In this document: positions 1 through 10,300 of the stretch, in pieces
Numbering within the stretch: position 1 is the first letter of the stretch
Layout of the letters: each line of letters starts with the position of its first letter
Source of the DNA: a virus
Lineage: Duplodnaviria > Caudoviricetes
DNA length: 41,615 nucleotides
Direction: 5' to 3' (one strand)
IMG/VR virus record: IMGVR_UViG_3300016665_000131
Coordinates: 1 to 41,615 of that record
Notes under the pieces: generated by a model
The model's database searches: none
What the model was told of the DNA's origin: nothing
The model's input: only the letters and a program-made list of their open reading frames with translations
Program-made: the position numbers and the translations under genes

Positions 1-21
1 TAAAACGTGGTCGTGGTCGTC
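1..21. repeat. 21-bp terminal overlap identical to 41595-41615 (circular assembly)
   Basis: TAAAACGTGGTCGTGGTCGTC occurs at both ends; the ORF starting at 41480 reads through the junction to a TGA at 42-44. Confidence 0.95.
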
Positions 22-40
22 CCCGTAAAGGAGTAAGTAA

Positions 41-169
41 ATGAAAAAGTTGATTGCTATCGTATTGCTGACTGTCTCTGGAATTGCAGCAGCATCTTGT
101 CCTACATATCAACCTTATCGTTGTGTCCAAGGATTTAACGGTAAGATGGTTTGTGGGTGTGGTGTCTAA
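41..169 (+). CDS. Small secreted Cys-rich peptide (42 aa)
   Basis: Manual translation MKKLIAIVLLTVSGIAAASCPTYQPYRCVQGFNGKMVCGCGV; AAGGAG RBS at 28-33; ATGA overlap with the upstream ORF; below the ORF-track size cutoff. Confidence 0.75.
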   Translation: MKKLIAIVLLTVSGIAAASCPTYQPYRCVQGFNGKMVCGCGV

Positions 170-180
170 GAATTGAATAC

Positions 181-257
181 GGGCGGCAAACCGGGTTAGC
201 GCCGGGGCCACTTTAAAAAGTGTTGTTCAAGCCAACGCTGCTTTATGCGACCCGCCC
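181..257 (+). ncRNA. Candidate structured intergenic RNA (multi-way junction)
   Basis: GGGCGG(181-186)/CCGCCC(252-257) closes internal hairpins CCGG-GTTAGCG-CCGG, GGC..CACTT/AAGTG..GCC and CGC-TGCTTTAT-GCG. Confidence 0.5.
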
Positions 258-279
258 ACCTAATTGAAGGAAATGAAGA

Positions 280-597
280 ATGGCTTTACTTGATATACAT
301 TTCCCCTCACTTGAATTGTTTAGGGCTTTGTTCCGTAAGACAGACCCGGACACCTCAAAAGAAGCGGCAAAGACTGTTGACGTCAGAAACCTCGAGAAAC
401 TTGTCTACGAGGCTATTAAAGCGGCTCCCAATGGGCTAACAGCAGAAGAGATATTCCAAGCGCTACCAGGCATCAGGCTTAATAGCGTTACGCCACGGAT
501 TGCACCCCTCATTAAGAAGGGCTATATTTATGACACCGGAGAAAGACGCCGGTCATCTAGCGGTAGATCACAGCGTGTTTTGAAGGTTGCCATGTAA
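280..597 (+). CDS. Winged helix-turn-helix DNA-binding protein
   Basis: DPDTSKEAA N-terminal motif followed by GLTAEEI...SVTPRIAPLIKKGYIYDTGERR wHTH pattern. Confidence 0.7.
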   Translation: MALLDIHFPSLELFRALFRKTDPDTSKEAAKTVDVRNLEKLVYEAIKAAPNGLTAEEIFQALPGIRLNSVTPRIAPLIKKGYIYDTGERRRSSSGRSQRVLKVAM

Positions 598-609
598 GGT
601 TCTCCTGTT

Positions 610-635
610 AGCCCTCCTCACCGAGGGCTTTTTTT
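610..635 (+). terminator. Rho-independent terminator between convergent early and late operons
   Basis: AGCCCTC-CTCACC-GAGGGCT followed by a T run. Confidence 0.8.
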
Positions 636-1141
636 CAGGACAAGAACATGGCTACTTCGTCTTTACGACGATTGACTAGGCCTTGGTAAATCTTTCCACC
701 GGCCATTGTGTATTTCATAAACCCTTCAGCCGCAGCTTCTTTATCGTTGCGTAGTACCGCTTGACGGACACTAGAACGCTGGAGTCCACCCAAGCCGATA
801 TTAAAGCTAAAACTAACAAGGCTATCAAACATCCCTTGTGTAAGAGGAACAGGACAGAGTCGCTCCACTCCACGCTCAAACCCTGCAAGATCGTTTCTGA
901 GAATCCCATCGACTTCTTCTTTACTAAATGTTCTATTGTCTTGAGGACGTAGTTGATAGTCCTCTCGTACCATACCTGTATAACCAGTAACTGCTTTTGA
1001 GCGATTAGGAAGCTTTGCTTGGTCTGGATACATCAGATGTCCAACACCAACCGTCCATAAGCCTACAACGTCCCTATAAGGCTTGTATCTCACGCCCTCA
1101 TGGTGTTTGAGGGCTTCGATCAGCTTATCGCTTACTTTCAT
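635..1141 (-). CDS. Endolysin, GH24 phage lysozyme
   Basis: HEGVRYKPYRDVVGLWTVGVGH catalytic E-D-T motif; FDSLVSFSFNIG; GLVNRRKDE C-terminus. Confidence 0.95.
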   Translation of the reverse strand: MKVSDKLIEALKHHEGVRYKPYRDVVGLWTVGVGHLMYPDQAKLPNRSKAVTGYTGMVREDYQLRPQDNRTFSKEEVDGILRNDLAGFERGVERLCPVPLTQGMFDSLVSFSFNIGLGGLQRSSVRQAVLRNDKEAAAEGFMKYTMAGGKIYQGLVNRRKDEVAMFLS

Positions 1142-1644
1142 TTCTTGGCAAACGCCTGTGATCCAAACCAGAATGCAATGATGCTGGCAAATATCTGTTG
1201 GGTATCATCATCCCAGAGCATATTGAGCGCCTGGTCGAACGGAATGTCCGTATGAATAGCGTAGTAGAACCCAAAGACATCAACAAACACCAAAAGCAAA
1301 AAGAACCCGTAGGTGATAACAGGACGAACCAAAGCTCTCAGGTTAATCACCCACTGACTAGCACCTTTGCTGATCTCAATGTCATGTGCATACAGTGCTT
1401 GACGCTCTTGAAGATTGGTCTGAGCCATAGTGACATCTGCTTGTATTTGCAGTTGGTCAGTCTGAATATGAGCAATACGCTCCTGTGCTTCTAGACCTGC
1501 TTTACGCAACTCCAACTCACGTTGCATCTGCATCTGAGCCAAAGCTAGCTCATGCTTTTTGTCAGCCTTATCTTGAAACAAATCAAGAATCTTTGGAAGA
1601 CCCCCCATCAGGAAAGAGATCAGGGTCGAGAGTAGTGTCATCAT
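1138..1644 (-). CDS. Holin-like membrane protein (GTA 3TM-holin type)
   Basis: DKKHEL coiled coil, VRPVITY and IIAFWFGSQ motifs; adjacent to the endolysin. Confidence 0.7.
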   Translation of the reverse strand: MMTLLSTLISFLMGGLPKILDLFQDKADKKHELALAQMQMQRELELRKAGLEAQERIAHIQTDQLQIQADVTMAQTNLQERQALYAHDIEISKGASQWVINLRALVRPVITYGFFLLLVFVDVFGFYYAIHTDIPFDQALNMLWDDDTQQIFASIIAFWFGSQAFAKK

Positions 1645-1871
1645 GGGGAGTCCTCGTCTTCGTGGGATAACTTAACACCAGCAAGCAAGCCAATAAAGCC
1701 GCCGACAATGGTAGAAAAAGCTGGAGCCAATATGGGAAAGATGTCCTTGTTATCAACGAGATTGTTCGGCATGAACAACCCGGCTAACAAGGCTCCTACC
1801 ATTGAAAGAAGAATAATACAAAGAGTAATACTGACCAACAGAGTTACCCAAAAAGTTAATTTAGATTTCAC
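1641..1871 (-). CDS. Two-TM membrane protein of the lysis region
   Basis: Two hydrophobic helices; 4-nt overlaps with neighbours. Confidence 0.65.
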   Translation of the reverse strand: MKSKLTFWVTLLVSITLCIILLSMVGALLAGLFMPNNLVDNKDIFPILAPAFSTIVGGFIGLLAGVKLSHEDEDSP

Positions 1872-2170
1872 TGGTAATCCTCCTTGCGACAGACTACTTC
1901 GTATTGATGTTTTAATTCGTTAATCCTTCGTTCAATTCTTTTGTTAGCACCTTGTGCTGCTCTAAGGTCTGCAAACAAAAATCCAAGAACGGTAATGAAT
2001 CCAGCAATCAATATGAAACAAACTATTAGCCCCACGGCAAGTACAGTTGGTTCTCCCGATGCAGACGGATAGCCCACATGAGAGCTACCAGATACCCCGC
2101 GACTATGACTATGGCTATTGCCACTAAGGCTTGATTTTCCACCTTGTGACGAACCTGATCTCGTTGCCAT
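1868..2170 (-). CDS. Single-TM protein with C-terminal coiled coil (possible spanin-like; start uncertain)
   Basis: TM segment followed by a coiled coil; overlaps the upstream ORF by up to 145 bp. Confidence 0.5.
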   Translation of the reverse strand: MATRSGSSQGGKSSLSGNSHSHSRGVSGSSHVGYPSASGEPTVLAVGLIVCFILIAGFITVLGFLFADLRAAQGANKRIERRINELKHQYEVVCRKEDYQ

Positions 2171-2580
2171 TTCGCTTGAATCCTTTGCAACTCTGCATGA
2201 CGTTTAGCATCCTCGTCCTCTTTTTCCATGCGTTGCAACGTGTTCTGGAAATCGGCCCAAAACCCACCAGGCAATCCAAGTTCATAAATAATCATGTTGC
2301 GCAACTCTTCGTAATGTTGCTTCAACTCTAGCTTTCTCATCTCCTCTTCAAAAGCTAATACTTGCAGACTCTTCCCTTTTGGGGGATTCGTTCTAATCTC
2401 TTGTTCTGCTTTTTGCAGCTTGTCTGTCCCATCAAGAACTTGACTGATAAAACCAGTCACTTCACCAGCAAGATTGACAACTTCTTGTCCAGCTTCCTTG
2501 GCCTCTCTTACTGTGGCACAAAGCGATTTAACGCCCTGTATGGCCCCTGTAACAAGAGCAAATGCACTGATGGGGTCCAC
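2026..2580 (-). CDS. Coiled-coil protein with C-terminal TM anchor
   Basis: MDPISAFA start, helical body and one TM helix near the C-terminus; in the lysis region. Confidence 0.7.
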   Translation of the reverse strand: MDPISAFALVTGAIQGVKSLCATVREAKEAGQEVVNLAGEVTGFISQVLDGTDKLQKAEQEIRTNPPKGKSLQVLAFEEEMRKLELKQHYEELRNMIIYELGLPGGFWADFQNTLQRMEKEDEDAKRHAELQRIQAKWQRDQVRHKVENQALVAIAIVIVAGYLVALMWAIRLHRENQLYLPWG

Positions 2581-2583
2581 ACA

Positions 2584-2808
2584 TCATTTCTTCCAAACAC
2601 CTTGCCAAACAATAGCAATAGTTCCAGCAGCAGCCGTTAACCAAAGAATAGGTTTGGCAAGTTTTCCAAAAAACTCAAGAACAACAAAAGCACCACTTGC
2701 AGCGTTGAACGCCGCAACGAGCCCTTTAGTGTTTTTATCTATATCGTCTACTTTGTTTTCAACAGCAATTAGACGTTCATAGATTTGCTTATGCGTCACC
2801 TCTTCCAT
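2584..2808 (-). CDS. Small coiled-coil plus TM protein (holin/XhlA-like)
   Basis: ERLIAVENKVDDI coiled coil followed by a hydrophobic C-terminus; GAGG RBS. Confidence 0.65.
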   Translation of the reverse strand: MEEVTHKQIYERLIAVENKVDDIDKNTKGLVAAFNAASGAFVVLEFFGKLAKPILWLTAAAGTIAIVWQGVWKK

Positions 2809-2810
2809 GA

Positions 2811-4034
2811 TTACCTCGTGCGATATGGACTACCAAGTTTTTGCATCTCTTCCAACTGACGTCTTTGTGCCGCCAAAACACTTGGTGGCAATACAGGAGC
2901 GCCAGCTTCAGTAATGTTGGCCCCAGGTGGCAATACCGCTTCTAAAAGATTAGCACCAGCCATACCGCGCTCACCTCGAGTCTTGGCATTAGCCAAGTTA
3001 GCAGCACTAACCAAAAGACCACCAACACCAGCAATTTTTGCCGCTTTACCTAGCTTGCTGAAATTACCGGCTTCTTCTTCAGAAGGCAATCTTGCCATCA
3101 ATGCAGGAACCTCGCTTGAAGGAACGCCAATTTTCAATTTCTCATTTAGTTTGAGGTAATTCTCATATGAACCAATGGGCTTTCCGTTGTTATATTTCTC
3201 GAGAATTGCTTTACGACCTTCAGCGCCATAAGTGTTATATAAGTTATTATCGCCAGGGCCATAGCCAGGAAGGAAAGTTGTTCCTTCTTTGGTCAACTTC
3301 TGCCAAGTCTCAGGCGTATCTTTCATAGACACAGCGCCTTTTGGCCGACCACCTTTGTTTTTGCCTTCTGCCTCTGGAGTGGCTTGTTGGACTATTTGTG
3401 AAACGGTTGGAGCAACAGGAGGGGCCGTTTCTGCTGCTACCTGAGCCACCGTAGGAGCAACTGGCAATGCAGGAGGTTGAACAGCAGGAGTAGCAACAGA
3501 CGCAGGAGCCGCCGTAACAGGGGCTGCTGGGGCAACAACGGGTGCAGGAGTAGCAGGTTTTACAGAGCCAGGCACTTTGCCCTGTTCTGCTTTTGTTGCT
3601 GCCTCTATTTGCTTGTCAATACGGTTCTTCTCACTTTGCGCCAACATCTCTTGTTCAGCGGTTGAATAAGGAGACTTGGGAGGTCCTTCTGTTGACGTAA
3701 CTTCAAAAGTAGGTTCTACCCGCCCAGGACCAGCATATCGACTTTGATCCATAGATGGCTCAATACGAGTCATCTCAGAGGGCTTGTTAATTAAACGATC
3801 TTTGATGGATTTATACGCTAGTCCTAAACCTGTAGCACCTAGACCAATACCAGCAGCTCCAGCCGCTGGAATCATCCAATCGTATTGACCACCAATTTGA
3901 ACATCTTCTTTTGCAGGAAGTTTGTTAACAGGAGTGATGCCACCTGTCTCTTCCAATATATCTTTTTCAATCTCTTCATCAGAGATGCCAGCAGCTTTTG
4001 CGGCTTTGCGGTAGCCTTCAGCATCAAATCCCAT
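2811..4034 (-). CDS. Putative internal virion/ejection protein with Pro/Ala-rich linker
   Basis: 407 aa; Gly/Ala hydrophobic patches; position after the tail genes. Confidence 0.55.
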   Translation of the reverse strand: MGFDAEGYRKAAKAAGISDEEIEKDILEETGGITPVNKLPAKEDVQIGGQYDWMIPAAGAAGIGLGATGLGLAYKSIKDRLINKPSEMTRIEPSMDQSRYAGPGRVEPTFEVTSTEGPPKSPYSTAEQEMLAQSEKNRIDKQIEAATKAEQGKVPGSVKPATPAPVVAPAAPVTAAPASVATPAVQPPALPVAPTVAQVAAETAPPVAPTVSQIVQQATPEAEGKNKGGRPKGAVSMKDTPETWQKLTKEGTTFLPGYGPGDNNLYNTYGAEGRKAILEKYNNGKPIGSYENYLKLNEKLKIGVPSSEVPALMARLPSEEEAGNFSKLGKAAKIAGVGGLLVSAANLANAKTRGERGMAGANLLEAVLPPGANITEAGAPVLPPSVLAAQRRQLEEMQKLGSPYRTR

Positions 4035-4043
4035 GATGACTCC

Positions 4044-5672
4044 TTAGTCTTTAATTCTGAACTTTTCACGCAATTTAGCGCGGGATTCTTCTGCTCTGCC
4101 ACGTTCTTTTGGACTAGCGCCAGTAGACTCAGGAAGAGTTTTCTTTTCAATGTTAGGAGATAAACCGCCGGGAGCATTGACTATCATTTCTTGCTGTTTA
4201 CCTCTTTCAGGTGAGGTAACGATTGGTCTTGCCAATACTTCCCTAGACCTTTTCATAAAGTCAGACTTCAGATTTTTGTAAATATCTGTCTTCATGAAAG
4301 CATTTTCTAATTCGCCGGGAGTTGGCACTTGCCCTTTTGGATAGTTAGCCAACATATCATTTTTCCAAGACTGATACTCTTTGACAGCAACAGCATTGAA
4401 TTGATTCATCATCCCTTGGACTTCACCCCGAGCAAATTGATCTGTAATGCCAAAAGCAGAAGGATTAACCAAGAATGCAGGAGCCCCACCATAGTCTCTT
4501 GTCAACTCAGAACGCTTGCCTTCAATCATTCGATCAATATCAAGAACTCGATCAAGCATTTGTTTTTGCTTTAGAGTCAGATTTTGATAAACCATACTAG
4601 ATGCCAAATCAGCTTTAGTTTGGTTGTAGTTTTGTTCGTAGTTCAAACTCTTGCTGGAACTTTTCTGCAAATTTTCCAAATCAGAAGAACTAAGAGTGTT
4701 ACCTTTAGAGTCTGTAACAGAGCCATCTGCTCCCAATTTTGCTCCAGGCAATATACGTTGCAAATGTGCTTCAGCAGCCTTTTTGACTTGCTGATCTACG
4801 TTTTGACCGCGATTGCTTACATACTGATTGAAAGCATTTTGACCTTCTTGAACACTTTGAGTGAATCCAATTTGACGGCTACCAACGCCAGCAATCAGTT
4901 CACGTTGTTCATCATTCAGGTCTGAGCCGCGCAATTCACCCATAATGCGTTGCTTTTCAGAACCTAACTCATTGAGCATATCCGAAGCAGCCGCCCATGC
5001 ACCAGCAGACTTTTGTTGCTTATTAAATTCTTGAATGTTTGCGTCTTGAACGCCAATCTGAGCTTTACGAGACAAAGTATCACTTAGGCTTGTGATTCCA
5101 CCTCGACGTTTTTCGTATTCAGCAGGAGTTACTTCTTGTTGAGTTGCAACATCAATAACTTTTACTCGTTGCCCCAATTCATTTTTATGCTCTTCAAGTT
5201 GATTGCCAGCATCGTCGTATGTAATTTGTGGCTTAACAACACCACCAGTAACAAGCAATCTAGCATTTGGATTGCCAAGCAAAAACTCAAGCATGGCAGT
5301 GCCAACTTGAGGATTGTCTTTAATGGTTTTCCAAGTGTCGGCAAATTTAGTTCTGCCTTCAGGAGTTTGTAAGCCACCAACTTTGGCAATAGGATTAACT
5401 AGGTTATCAAACTCTTTAGATGTGCGGTACATCACATTAGCCGCATCCATGGCAACCTTGCCAGCAGGAGTATTGCCAGCCTCTTTGGCAACCTGCATCA
5501 TCTTTGCAGGATCACGAGAATTAGCCGCTTCCTCATACTTGTCATCAATAGACCTAGCAGTCTGTGGCTGAATGACAGGGATTCCAGATGCTGTTGGTTG
5601 ATCTGGAGGGATAGGAGCAATAGGAAGTGCCTGTCCAACAGGAGGCGCAACAGGTTGAAGAACTTCAGGCAT
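4044..5672 (-). CDS. Putative internal virion/DNA ejection protein
   Basis: 542 aa, helical and Gln-rich; podovirus-type synteny. Confidence 0.55.
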   Translation of the reverse strand: MPEVLQPVAPPVGQALPIAPIPPDQPTASGIPVIQPQTARSIDDKYEEAANSRDPAKMMQVAKEAGNTPAGKVAMDAANVMYRTSKEFDNLVNPIAKVGGLQTPEGRTKFADTWKTIKDNPQVGTAMLEFLLGNPNARLLVTGGVVKPQITYDDAGNQLEEHKNELGQRVKVIDVATQQEVTPAEYEKRRGGITSLSDTLSRKAQIGVQDANIQEFNKQQKSAGAWAAASDMLNELGSEKQRIMGELRGSDLNDEQRELIAGVGSRQIGFTQSVQEGQNAFNQYVSNRGQNVDQQVKKAAEAHLQRILPGAKLGADGSVTDSKGNTLSSSDLENLQKSSSKSLNYEQNYNQTKADLASSMVYQNLTLKQKQMLDRVLDIDRMIEGKRSELTRDYGGAPAFLVNPSAFGITDQFARGEVQGMMNQFNAVAVKEYQSWKNDMLANYPKGQVPTPGELENAFMKTDIYKNLKSDFMKRSREVLARPIVTSPERGKQQEMIVNAPGGLSPNIEKKTLPESTGASPKERGRAEESRAKLREKFRIKD

Positions 5673-5681
5673 GATTATTCC

Positions 5682-6200
5682 TTATCCAAAAAAGGACATT
5701 AGCATCTTAGACAAGCCACCTGTTTGCGGCAATGCAGGATATTGCGATGTTGGAGGTGCTATTGGACCTTGTGCAAACTGTTGTGGCATTTGGTCCATAG
5801 ATGGATTACGAGGAGTAAATTCACTTGTTTTCTTATTACCCCATGCTTCATCCACCTCATCATCAACACTTCGAACAGGTTGTTCAACTTGAGATGTAGG
5901 ACCTGCGTTAATCTTATTTGGATTAATGCCTAGACCAGGCGCGTTAAATCCGTAGTTTGCTCCGGTAGAAAAATCTTTTGTAGGAATGTAAGTTTCAGGC
6001 GGCACATTTGTTTGTGCTGGTGGCTTAACTCCAAATGCTTTATTAAAAAAATCCTCTGCGCCAACAGCTTGAAAGCCAGCGCCTAACAAACCACGTTTGA
6101 TTTGACGCTTTTGCTCAGAATCAATCAAAGGAGTTATGAATTGACGCTCAGACCCCAGATAGCCAAGGCCAAGTCCACCAAAAGGATTTTTATCAGCCAT
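5682..6200 (-). CDS. Hypothetical low-complexity virion protein
   Basis: AAGGA RBS; co-oriented and tightly packed in the ejection cluster. Confidence 0.6.
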   Translation of the reverse strand: MADKNPFGGLGLGYLGSERQFITPLIDSEQKRQIKRGLLGAGFQAVGAEDFFNKAFGVKPPAQTNVPPETYIPTKDFSTGANYGFNAPGLGINPNKINAGPTSQVEQPVRSVDDEVDEAWGNKKTSEFTPRNPSMDQMPQQFAQGPIAPPTSQYPALPQTGGLSKMLMSFFG

Positions 6201-6209
6201 GATGATTCC

Positions 6210-6926
6210 TTAGAAACCGAATCCTTTGCTGCGCCCAGAACTAGACGTACCCTGAGTACCAGCATAGTTGGGAGTAGTCTGACCTTGCGGTACACCAAAC
6301 ACTACAGATGCATATTTGGAATATAGGTCTTGAGGTGCTTGTGCAAATCCCAAACGTTGTCCAGCAGCAGTTTGAGCACTAGTCAGCAGGTTTTGCCCCA
6401 TAGTACCCAACTGTTGAGCAGCAGCAGCTTTGTTAGCTTGGACCCTTGCTTGAGCTTCAGCAGCAGCAGTCGCCTGGCGTTGAGCATTCAAAGAAGACAA
6501 GTTCTTGTCTGCCAAGGCCATACGAGATGAACCAAGGCCACCAGCACCACCATACATGGCATTCTGACCTGCCTGAGATTCACGAGCAGACTCACGACCA
6601 GCCTGTAGAGCAGCCTGAACCTGGCCTTTTTCGTAGTTAGGATCAAACAGGCTTTGTAGACCTGCCATGCCGGTCAATAGACCACCAGCACCTGCGGCTT
6701 CTTGAAGAGCACCTGTACGTCCAGAAACGTCCATAGCCGTCTGTGATGCCTTTTCCAAAGCACCAGCAGTACGACCATAAACATCACCTGCACCACCAAC
6801 CGTTTTTTCGTAAGCTGGAAGAAAGGTTTCTTTGAGTGCCTTGTTTTGAATAGCAAGGGTTTCTCGTTGTTCAGGGGTTAACTGAACTGTAGTTGTCTGC
6901 GCACCAGAAGATTTACCACCGCCCAT
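6210..6926 (-). CDS. Putative DNA transfer/ejection protein
   Basis: MGGGKSSG start, Ala/Gln/Gly-rich body and GGLGSSR motif, typical of podoviral ejection proteins. Confidence 0.65.
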   Translation of the reverse strand: MGGGKSSGAQTTTVQLTPEQRETLAIQNKALKETFLPAYEKTVGGAGDVYGRTAGALEKASQTAMDVSGRTGALQEAAGAGGLLTGMAGLQSLFDPNYEKGQVQAALQAGRESARESQAGQNAMYGGAGGLGSSRMALADKNLSSLNAQRQATAAAEAQARVQANKAAAAQQLGTMGQNLLTSAQTAAGQRLGFAQAPQDLYSKYASVVFGVPQGQTTPNYAGTQGTSSSGRSKGFGF

Positions 6927-6929
6927 GAT

Positions 6930-7295
6930 TTACCCCTTTCCTTTTCCACCAGAACGTGATGCTGGCTGTTGAATGGTTGCATTATCCCACTGACCTACAG
7001 TATTTGTATATGGATTAGGAGCGCCTACCGTTGGCTGTCCAGAGGTTGGGGAATATGTAAATTTTTGACCACTAGCTCCTTTACCAACCACCTCTCCAAA
7101 ACTAGGTTGATTGCTTTCATTTCGCGTAGATCGAAAATCATCAGCCATAGTTGAATATTGCGGCTCAAAAACAGCAGAAGCATTATTCGCTACGTTTGTA
7201 TTAGCAGTATTGCGAACACGGTTTACAGAAGCCGCACCTTTACCGGTCCCGCCAGAGGTTTGAGGTTGTTGAATAGAAGCGTTAAATGATCCCAT
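6930..7295 (-). CDS. Small disordered putative virion protein
   Basis: GAGG RBS; S/G/N/Q-rich with GKG motifs. Confidence 0.6.
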   Translation of the reverse strand: MGSFNASIQQPQTSGGTGKGAASVNRVRNTANTNVANNASAVFEPQYSTMADDFRSTRNESNQPSFGEVVGKGASGQKFTYSPTSGQPTVGAPNPYTNTVGQWDNATIQQPASRSGGKGKG

Positions 7296-7304
7296 GATTA
7301 CCTC

Positions 7305-10300
7305 TCAAACTTTTGATTCATAAGCAAACACGCTATATGAAAGTGTATTAGTTTTTAAAGCCCAAGTTGTTGCATTAACACTTGCAGTGTTATAAAACTT
7401 TTGGTCAATACTTTGAACAACAACAGCATAATTTCCCGCTGCCAGTGTAGGCAGCAAAGAAAATGATATTGGATAAGTTGTGCCATAAGTAGTAGTTGAC
7501 GATCCTATTATAGATATATATGCTTTTAATTGACTTTGTACAATTTGAGAAGCATAAACAGTTGTTAATCCAGAATCATAAATACTAATACGCACTCGAT
7601 TAGTTATATTATCAACAGTTATATTTGGATTCAAAATAGAATTTTGAATTTCTCCAGATAACTGAATAATAATTTGATTTAATTTTGAAACACTAAATGA
7701 AAGTAGCGTTACTGCCGAGACAATAGATGTTGCAGAAGCGGATGCCACAGCAGCATTTAGAAATCCATTCAAATAAAGTGAACTTCCATCAAATACGATA
7801 TTGGTAGTTGCATTACCAAACGCAACTTTTCCATCGTTATATATGTGAGCACCAGTACCCGTCATTGTGGTTCCGCTAATAAGCGGCGGCGTCAACGGAT
7901 TTGATCCAACCTTTATATCGCCAGCAGTAATATTCCCAAGGTCAGCAGTAATAGCCGACAGTTGAGAAACACTTAATTTACTTGCGGTAATAGTGTTTTC
8001 GACAATAAGTGAGCCGGTAATATAGGTTGCTTGTGTAACCCAAGATGTCGTGTACCGATAAACAACTGCATTGTTTGCATTGTTGTAACTGACGGTAACA
8101 ATATCGCCGGCAACAGGATCGCGTCCAATTACTGCATTAACCTCAGCATTGGTAGGAGCAGAACTATCATTTGCCGTTCTAGTCACCAAGAATGTTGCAG
8201 CACCTGCCGTTCCGTTAGTTCCAGCAGAACCCACCACATAAGCAGTAGATGTTGACCAAGTAACGGTTGAGGTGGCCGTTGTGTCGGTATCTGAATACTT
8301 TACAGAACAGGCATATAGCTTGTAACCGGCAGTCGATGCGCCTGGTGTCAAAGACCAAGAATTAGGCGTTGACGGAGCAGTGAAGGTTCCATCAGCCCAA
8401 GTATATGTAGAGGTTCCAGACGGGAACAAGGTTGGAGTAGACGCAGCCCATTGATAGACTTCTAGAAACGCTGTACGAGTGCCGTTTTGCCCAGATGCAC
8501 TGATAGAAGTTGCTGTTGTGGCTGACCAAGTAACCGTGGATGTGGCGCTTGTTCCAGAATCGGCATAAACCGTTCTAGCGATATAAAGAGTCTGCCCAAG
8601 CACCGCAGCAGGAGGCGTCAAACTCCATCCATTAGGGGTGGCAGGAGCAGTGAATTGACCTGTTGCCCAAGTATATGTAGAAGTTCCAGATGGGAATACA
8701 GTTGGAGTTGTCGCACTCCACAAATACATATCCAAGATAGCAGTACGAGTTCCATTAACCCCGTTAGCACCTGCATATGACTTGGAGATGGAATACTCTT
8801 TGGTGATAGTTACGCCACCATATACAGCCGTCAAAGTCGCAGTACCTTGAGGCGTTGTAAGGCCTGTAACTGTATAAACGCCAGTTGTTGCATTTATGGA
8901 CAAGGTCAGTCCAGTAGAAGCAGAAGCGCTGAACGCACTAGATGTCGTGACATCTGTCGTACCGTTATAGACTTTGAAAGTTCCACCAGCGTTTGTGTAA
9001 TTACCACTGCCGCCAGAAGAATCAGTCGTGACGGTTACTGCTTCATTTGTCAGATAACCAGTTGTCGTGTTCAAACCATCTTGTAAGCGAACAACAGTTA
9101 TGGTGTCTGAGTAGCCAGAAAGTGATGCAGTAACTACGCAATGATCTGCAACTCCAAAATCTGCAATGGCAAGAGTTCTAGTATTTCCTGTCCCCCCAAG
9201 AGTTGGCGAACCAATAGGACTGTTGCTAGAGTCGTAGTTTGTTGCAGTGAATACGGTCGTTCCAGCCAAGTTTTGTGGATTGGCAGTAAACGTAATAGTT
9301 TGCGATGTTGGGTCAGCATTGCCAGCAGAGTTATATGTAAACGTCTGCGCATCGCTAGTCAAGAACATAGCACTAGCAGGGTTTCCGTTAGCGCCATTCG
9401 CTCCGTTATAAGCAATACAACGAATTGGATAAGATGTATTTGTCCAATCCAAAGTAGATGTGACTGCGGTAGCAGATTCATTCAAAGGAATAGTAATCTG
9501 CCAAAGGTAATTGCCAGGCGTAGTGTTGCTTGGAGAAGTTGTGGACCATGAAGTAGGAGCCGAATAATCGCCTGTAGCCCATGTGTATATGGATGTAGTG
9601 GAGGGCCTTGTTGGAACAGCTGAAGTACCGGTCCAAATGTAAATACTTGGGAAAGCAGACTGAACTCCATTAGCTCCAGCAGCACCGGGTGTGCCATCAA
9701 ATGTAATTGGCAGAGTAATGGTTTTGCTTAATGGAGAACCAAGATTCGTGCCGCTTACAGTTAACGTAATGGTGACAGATGTAACATTAGCATTTGGAGT
9801 AACAACGACAGTCGAATTGGTTGAGCTTGTAGGAGTTGCGTTTGTAATTGCCCAAGAATAAGTTGGGGACGTTACTGCTGCGGTAATAGCAGATAGAGTA
9901 GCAGTTGTAGGCGTGTATGCACCACCAGAGTTAACAGAAAATCCTGTAAACCCAGAAATATCAATGTAAGGTGAATTTAAACCAGCAGCGCCAGGATCAG
10001 AATACAAATACTGAATGGTTGCAACACCAGCTTGGCTTACAACTCCAGTGCTGTTTTTATATCGCACAGGAACAGTAATATATGCTGGACTAGACGCCAT
10101 AGCAGTAGGAGCCGGCCAAACAGCATAATCTCCACCGTCCGTAGGATTGCCTACAGTTATATTGGTGTAAGAAATATCTGCATTACCGGTCGTGGAGGAG
10201 TTACCAATCCTCCAGCTGTTGTTGACAAAGCTAACAGCAGTATCTGTTTGCGCGTCTGTAAACGGTACAGTGACACCAGCATTCGTTGCATAAAGGCTAG

